Shown in pieces: positions 58,985 to 64,000 of a stretch of 64,000 nucleotides of DNA. The DNA comes from Candidatus Binatia bacterium (lineage in GTDB: Bacteria > Desulfobacterota > Binatia > HRBIN30). The notes below the pieces were generated by a model that was not told where the DNA came from, searched no databases, and saw only the letters and a program-made list of their open reading frames with translations. Positions within the stretch are counted from its first letter, which is position 1. Every line of letters begins with the position of its first letter. Location: positions 64,001 to 128,000 of the forward strand of contig JBBRSP010000012.1 of assembly GCA_038245295.1 (NCBI GenBank). Direction: 5' to 3'. A program made the translations under genes and the position numbers.

Positions 58985-60103
58985 ATGAGCCCAGAGGATC
59001 GTCTTCGCCAACTACGTAGTGAACTGACGCAAATCTTCCTTGAACGCACCGCCGTCATCGATGGCGCACTCGCGGCGCTGCTGGCGGGACACCACGTGCT
59101 GCTCATCGGTCCACCGGGCAGCGCCAAGTCGATGCTGGCAGACGAGATTTGTAGCCGCATTGAAGGCGCGCAATACTTCCAATGGCTGCTGACAAAGTTC
59201 AGCACGCCCGAGGAGCTTTTCGGGGCAATTTCGCTCCGCTCGCTTGAACAGGACGACTACCGCCGAGTTACGACAAATAAGCTGCCGGAAGCGCACATCG
59301 CCTTTCTGGACGAAATCTTCAAAGCCAACTCGTCCATCCTCAACGCCATTCTGACGCTGATCAATGAGCGTCGCTTCCACAACGGCAGGACCGTCGAGAC
59401 GGTTCCGCTGATTTCGCTTTTTGCCGCAAGCAATGAACTCCCCGATGACGACGAGTTGCAAGCGCTCTTCGATCGCTTCCTCCTGCGCTTCGTCGTCGAA
59501 TACATCCAAGACGATTTTCGATTCCTGAGGATGCTGCAAAAGCGCCCGGCTCAGGAGCGCACGACTCTACGGCTCGAAGACTTGCGACATCTCCAGGCAG
59601 CGGTCGCTGCCGTTTCGATGCCCGACACCTTGCTGCGGTCCATCGCCGATCTGCGCCGCGAGCTGAACCGAAAGAACCTGATCGCCTCGGACCGCCGCTA
59701 CCAACAAGCCATTCCCCTGCTCCAGGCTTATGCGCTATTGAACGGCAGCTCGCAGGTCCGGGAACAAGATCTCGCACTTCTCGAACACGTGCTCTGGCAG
59801 CAGCCAACCGAGCGACCCGACATTCGAACGACCATCCATCAACTGCTGCGCGGCTACGAAGACGAAGCCAAAGCGCTCCTCTACCAATCGCAAGAATTGC
59901 GCGACTATGCTCATCGCCAGTGGGATACTCACGAGCTGCGCAGCCGCGCCGTCGTCGAGGCGCACACGAAAATCCGGCACATCCTGGAGAAGCTGGAGAG
60001 CATCCTCGACTCGGCCCGCGCCCTCGGGCGGCCGACCGACTCGGTCGAAACCGTGAAGGGTGAAATCGAGTCAATCCAACAGCGCATGCTGGAGGAATTG
60101 TGA
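58985..60103 (+). CDS. RavA-like MoxR AAA+ ATPase
   Basis: GPPGSAKS; LLTKFSTPEELFG; FLDEIFKANSSILN; ASNELP; ALFDRF. Confidence 0.9.
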   Translation: MSPEDRLRQLRSELTQIFLERTAVIDGALAALLAGHHVLLIGPPGSAKSMLADEICSRIEGAQYFQWLLTKFSTPEELFGAISLRSLEQDDYRRVTTNKLPEAHIAFLDEIFKANSSILNAILTLINERRFHNGRTVETVPLISLFAASNELPDDDELQALFDRFLLRFVVEYIQDDFRFLRMLQKRPAQERTTLRLEDLRHLQAAVAAVSMPDTLLRSIADLRRELNRKNLIASDRRYQQAIPLLQAYALLNGSSQVREQDLALLEHVLWQQPTERPDIRTTIHQLLRGYEDEAKALLYQSQELRDYAHRQWDTHELRSRAVVEAHTKIRHILEKLESILDSARALGRPTDSVETVKGEIESIQQRMLEEL

Positions 60104-61680
60104 GGCGTAGCCGCCTCAGCGCGCACGAAACGGTCAAGCCGGAGGTAGCCCCCGCGGTACCGAAATGGGGGCACACTTCGATCGAAACCGACTCGTACGA
60201 CAGGCGGATCTTCGAGCGCCTTCGTCAAGAATCGCCATCGCTGCTGGAACTACTCGAGCGCGGCAGCAAGCTGCTGCCGCATTTCGACGAGTTCTTGCTG
60301 GATCTGTTTGCAATCCTGTTCAAACTAAACGTTGTCTTCAACCCGCCAGAAACCGTCGCACCGAGCGCCGCCGTGTATCGACTGTTGCTGGATCATCTTT
60401 GGCGCGCCCCGGCAATCGCATCCTTGCGGCGGCAAACCACACTCGAAGAGGCGCGCGCCGCCCTCGCTCTCCTGCTGTTGGGCGATAGACTACTCGAATT
60501 GTTGCGCAGTGAACGCCTGTTGAGCCGTGGCGAGATGCTCGACTTCTGGGCCTTGAGTCAGCAAGAGACCGACACGCAGGATCGGGCTGACGAGTCGGAG
60601 TCGGCCGACACATTGGCTCAGAACGCTTCGCCCGCCGCCAAGCGGCAGCTGGAGGAATTGCGCAACCGACTACGTCGCGAGGCCGCTACTTCGGCGCAGC
60701 GACTGCAACAACGCGCGATCGACCTCCGTCGCAACGCCGCCGAGAGCGTCGCCCGGCAGACGAATCGACTGGAGCTATTGGCGCATCAGACGCATCAAGC
60801 CATGGAGGAACGACAGTCCGACAGCGAGGCGTGGAACAAGCAGATCGGTCGCAGCGGCACTGACAACGCTGCCCTGCAGCTCGAGCTTGCAAAGAGACTT
60901 GCCGACAACGCCAAACTCCGGAAACTCGCGAGCCTGGTCGGTCATATGCACACCCAGGCGCTTTCCCTGCGGCGGCGCTTGTACGAGCGACAGAATCAAG
61001 AGACCTACGACGTCGGCTGCGGCGCTGAAATCGCCCGCCTCCTGCCGCAAGAGCTCCTGTCGCTCCGACATCCAATTCTCAAACTCGACTTCGCGCGCCG
61101 GTTCGTCGAGTCGACCTTGACGCAGTACAGCCTGCGTGGGATCGACTCGAAAGGCCGCGGCCCACTTGTCGTTTGCCTCGACGCAAGTTCGTCGATGGCC
61201 GGTGACAAAGAGGTCTGGGCCAAGGCAGTGACGCTGACGTTGCTGGACATCGCGCAACGGCAGCGCCGACGCTTTCGCGCCATCTGTTTCGCCGGGACGG
61301 AGACGCCTCTCTACATTCTCGAATCGGATGGTCGCGATCGCTTTGCCATTCCGCAGCACAAGGTGCTGGCACTGGCCGAACATTTCCCTGGCGGCGGCAC
61401 CGACTTCCAGAAGCCGCTAACGGCAGCGGTTGCCTGCCTGCGACAAGTTCCATTCCGCAAAGGTGACATCGTCTTCATCACGGACGGCGAATGCGGTGTG
61501 GATCCAAAATGGCTCGATGCGTTCAGCGCGGCGAAGAAAGAGCTGCAATTCGCCGTATTATCCGTGGTGATCAACGTGGGGGCAAATCAAGTCAACACAC
61601 TACGCCAACTGAGCGACCACATCGTACCGGTAACGGAGCTCACCGGGGAATCGACGCGCGATATCTTCACGCGCACCTGA
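60100..61680 (+). CDS. ViaA-like VWA domain protein
   Basis: RLLPQEL; GPLVVCLDASSSM (MIDAS); GGGTDF; FITDG. Confidence 0.88.
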   Translation: MRRSRLSAHETVKPEVAPAVPKWGHTSIETDSYDRRIFERLRQESPSLLELLERGSKLLPHFDEFLLDLFAILFKLNVVFNPPETVAPSAAVYRLLLDHLWRAPAIASLRRQTTLEEARAALALLLLGDRLLELLRSERLLSRGEMLDFWALSQQETDTQDRADESESADTLAQNASPAAKRQLEELRNRLRREAATSAQRLQQRAIDLRRNAAESVARQTNRLELLAHQTHQAMEERQSDSEAWNKQIGRSGTDNAALQLELAKRLADNAKLRKLASLVGHMHTQALSLRRRLYERQNQETYDVGCGAEIARLLPQELLSLRHPILKLDFARRFVESTLTQYSLRGIDSKGRGPLVVCLDASSSMAGDKEVWAKAVTLTLLDIAQRQRRRFRAICFAGTETPLYILESDGRDRFAIPQHKVLALAEHFPGGGTDFQKPLTAAVACLRQVPFRKGDIVFITDGECGVDPKWLDAFSAAKKELQFAVLSVVINVGANQVNTLRQLSDHIVPVTELTGESTRDIFTRT

Positions 61681-61684
61681 GTGC

Positions 61685-62362
61685 ATGCAAATCTCGGTCA
61701 TCATTCCATGCTTGCATGAAGCGCCGGTGCTCGCGGCGACGCTGGAGTCCATCCGCGTTGGGAATGTCGCGGAGATCATCGTCGTCGACGGAGGCAGCAA
61801 CGACGACAGCATCGCCGTCGCCACGCCACTCGCCGATCGTGTCGTGCAAGCACCGCGTGGTCGGGCGCGACAAATGAATCACGGCGCCGCGCTTGCCAGC
61901 GGGGACATCCTGCTCTTCGTACACGCCGACACGCTGCTACCCTCCGACTTCGCGACCAAGATCGCCTCGGCCATGACCACAGACGACGTCGTCGGAGGTC
62001 GGTTCGATGTGCGACTCGAACCTCCGAGCATACTTCTCTCGCTGACAGCTCTACTGCTCAATTGGCGCTCCCGGTGGTCAAAGATCTCGACGGGTGATCA
62101 GTGTATCTTCGTGCGCCGCAGCGCCTTCGAGCGCCTACAGGGCTTCTCCGAGATCCCGCTCATGGAAGATGTCGACTTCACCAAGCGCCTCAAGCGGATA
62201 GGCCGCATCGCGTGCTTGCGCGACAAGGTCGTAACCTCGTCGCGGCGCTGGCGCGCCAAGGGGACGGTGCGCACCATTCTGCTGATGTGGAGTCTACGCT
62301 TTCTCTATTTCGTCGGAGTTCCGGCCGACCGGCTGGCGCGCGTCTACGCAAACGTGCGTTGA
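61685..62362 (+). CDS. GT2 glycosyltransferase, TIGR04283-like
   Basis: ISVIIP; VDGGSND; GRARQMNHGA; FVHADT; GDQCIF; PLMEDV; TSSRRW. Confidence 0.85.
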   Translation: MQISVIIPCLHEAPVLAATLESIRVGNVAEIIVVDGGSNDDSIAVATPLADRVVQAPRGRARQMNHGAALASGDILLFVHADTLLPSDFATKIASAMTTDDVVGGRFDVRLEPPSILLSLTALLLNWRSRWSKISTGDQCIFVRRSAFERLQGFSEIPLMEDVDFTKRLKRIGRIACLRDKVVTSSRRWRAKGTVRTILLMWSLRFLYFVGVPADRLARVYANVR

Positions 62363-62414
62363 ACCGGTGCGCACAGCAACGACGAGGCCTGAGGCGAAGG
62401 CCATCGGGAAATGA

Positions 62415-63449
62415 CTAAGCGTAAGTGACCGTCTCCGCAGCACGACGCCCGGCACGCGTGACTTCGCCGATCAGGTACGCCGCTTCACGACGGCGCTTCA
62501 TGGTCGCAAGGACCGTGTCGAGATCACGTTCCGCCACCACCATCGCGAGCCCAATGCCCATGTTGAACGTGCGATACATCTCCGCCGTGGCCACCGGCCC
62601 ACTACGCTGCAGCACGTCAAAAATCGCCGGCACCGGCCAACTGCCGCGGCGCACCACGGCGCTGCACCCTTTCGGAAAGGCGCGCGTGAGATTCCCCGTG
62701 ATGCCACCGCCAGTGATGTGAGCCATGCCCTTCACGATGCCGCGAGGTAGGCCTCGTAGCGCTTTGACATAGATGCGGGTTGGACGCAGCAACTCCTCCC
62801 CAAGCGCCACGTCGAAACCGGGGAGTCGCTTACCGAGCGACAGCTTCTGCTTTTCCAGAAGCAGATGGCGCACCAGGGAGAATCCGTTGCTGTGGAGCCC
62901 GGAAGACGGCAGGCCGAGAATTAAGTCGCCCGGTACGATGCGTTTTCCATCGATCACCTGTTGGCGTTCGACAACTCCGACCGTGAAGCCGGCCAGATCA
63001 TACTCCCCGGGCGTAAAGGCTCCCGGATGCTCGGCAGTCTCGCCGCCGATCAACGCACAACCGGCTTGCCGACAGCCTTCGGCAATCCCGTCGAGCACGG
63101 AGGCGAGGACCTTGGGCTGGACGCGATCCGTAACGATATAGTCGAGGAACGCCACGGGCTCGGCGCCGAGCGTCAGGATGTCATTGACGTTCATCGCCAC
63201 GAGGTCGATGCCGACCGTGTCGTGGCGCCGCAGCGCGAAGGCGATTTTAAGCTTGGTGCCAACGCCATCGGTCGCCGTGACGATCAGAGGATTCTTGTAG
63301 CCCTTCGGCACACTGAACAGCGCCCCGAAGCCACCTACCCCTGCCACCACTTCCGGCCGTCGCGTCGTCTTCGCAGCGCGCTTGGCAGCCTCGGTTACTC
63401 GATCTCCGGCGGCGATGCTGACACCGGCCTTTGCGTACGTCACTGTCAT
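62415..63449 (-). CDS. purM: Phosphoribosylformylglycinamidine cyclo-ligase
   Basis: TDGVGTK; GIDLVAMNVND; GGETAE; SSGLHSNG; HITGGG; TFNMGIG. Confidence 0.98.
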   Translation of the reverse strand: MTVTYAKAGVSIAAGDRVTEAAKRAAKTTRRPEVVAGVGGFGALFSVPKGYKNPLIVTATDGVGTKLKIAFALRRHDTVGIDLVAMNVNDILTLGAEPVAFLDYIVTDRVQPKVLASVLDGIAEGCRQAGCALIGGETAEHPGAFTPGEYDLAGFTVGVVERQQVIDGKRIVPGDLILGLPSSGLHSNGFSLVRHLLLEKQKLSLGKRLPGFDVALGEELLRPTRIYVKALRGLPRGIVKGMAHITGGGITGNLTRAFPKGCSAVVRRGSWPVPAIFDVLQRSGPVATAEMYRTFNMGIGLAMVVAERDLDTVLATMKRRREAAYLIGEVTRAGRRAAETVTYA

Positions 63450-63533
63450 CGGTTCTCACTCCAACTTTGAAGCCATGTCGATGCTGCGAACAGCCCCGCC
63501 GACGCCGTACAAGCCCATCGATTCACACACGTA

Positions 63534-64000
63534 CTAATTGGGAACGTGGTTGTCCTCGTCGGCGTATGCCGCACATTTCTCGGGATCGGGCGGCAGCGAA
63601 TAACCCAGCCGACGCGCCGCTTTGAACGTCGTGCACATGACATGATCGCCGATGGTCGGGCTGACGTTGAACAGCGCATTGTCGTTGTCCGGTGCGGCCG
63701 CCGCAACTTGTTCGTAGCCTTCCTGTGGGGCGATCAAGTAACCCAGTTGATCGTTCGCCAAGCCGAACACGAAGTGCTTTTGCGCCTGCACACGGTCGCG
63801 TAGCTCGAAAAAGATCGCCGGATAACCCTCGCCCGGGATTGCCAGGAAGAACAGATCGCCAATTCGCAGCGTCGAGGTGAGGGTGCCGACGTGGAAGGTA
63901 TCACCCTGTGTCTCTACCCATGGGGGCGAACCGTTGCGTCCGACCAGGCCGAGCAGGATGCTCGCATCGAGGAATCGGTTGTTGTAGGTGTCGCGTAGGA
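63534..64000 (-). CDS. 3' end of a larger protein beginning beyond the window (possibly ceramidase-like hydrolase)
   Basis: Open frame through the window end: ...LRIGDLFFLAIPGEGYPAI...FVFGLANDQLGYLI. Confidence 0.55.
   Translation of the reverse strand, partial: LRDTYNNRFLDASILLGLVGRNGSPPWVETQGDTFHVGTLTSTLRIGDLFFLAIPGEGYPAIFFELRDRVQAQKHFVFGLANDQLGYLIAPQEGYEQVAAAAPDNDNALFNVSPTIGDHVMCTTFKAARRLGYSLPPDPEKCAAYADEDNHVPN

Noticed and set aside
61685..62362. Arsenosugar biosynthesis cluster
   Set aside because: Only the lone TIGR04283-like glycosyltransferase; no arsM or arsS neighbours.

Overview
High-GC bacterial chromosomal window, densely coding, with no rRNA, tRNA, CRISPR array or intact transposase that I could recognise. 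The 'CxGDCNGD..VTIDEL' C-terminal domain, myxobacterial-type Cys repeats and PT-linker proteins suggest a Binatia/Myxococcota-like deltaproteobacterium (inference). Recognisable content: Tex, a mono-heme outer-membrane barrel, an STT3/AglB-like glycosyltransferase, a cNMP-TrxR fusion, an imuA-imuB-dnaE2 mutasome with a GxxExxY nuclease gene inserted, a MazEF-type TA pair, a block of small accessory genes and gene remnants (18-25 kb), a sacsin-like ATPase fused to a VOC domain, NamZ, the CP-ATP-grasp/alpha-E/Anbu/transglutaminase operon, a luxE/luxC-like-aminotransferase-ADH cluster, trmL, dtd, eno, ftsB, RavA/ViaA-like genes and purM. Best leads: (1) the mutasome carries a GxxExxY gene bracketed by 25-bp inverted repeats, and at least six short periodic-repeat tracts sit in frame inside imuA, imuB and dnaE2; (2) a 24-aa histone-H1-like microprotein missed by the ORF track has its own promoter, RBS and terminator, and a 57-aa hyper-acidic microprotein lies 5.5 kb away; (3) the STT3 homolog has WWPNG in place of WWDYG; (4) a Cyc2-like cytochrome-porin; (5) a ~215-bp MITE-like element. 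All calls come from reading motifs by eye; no searches were run.
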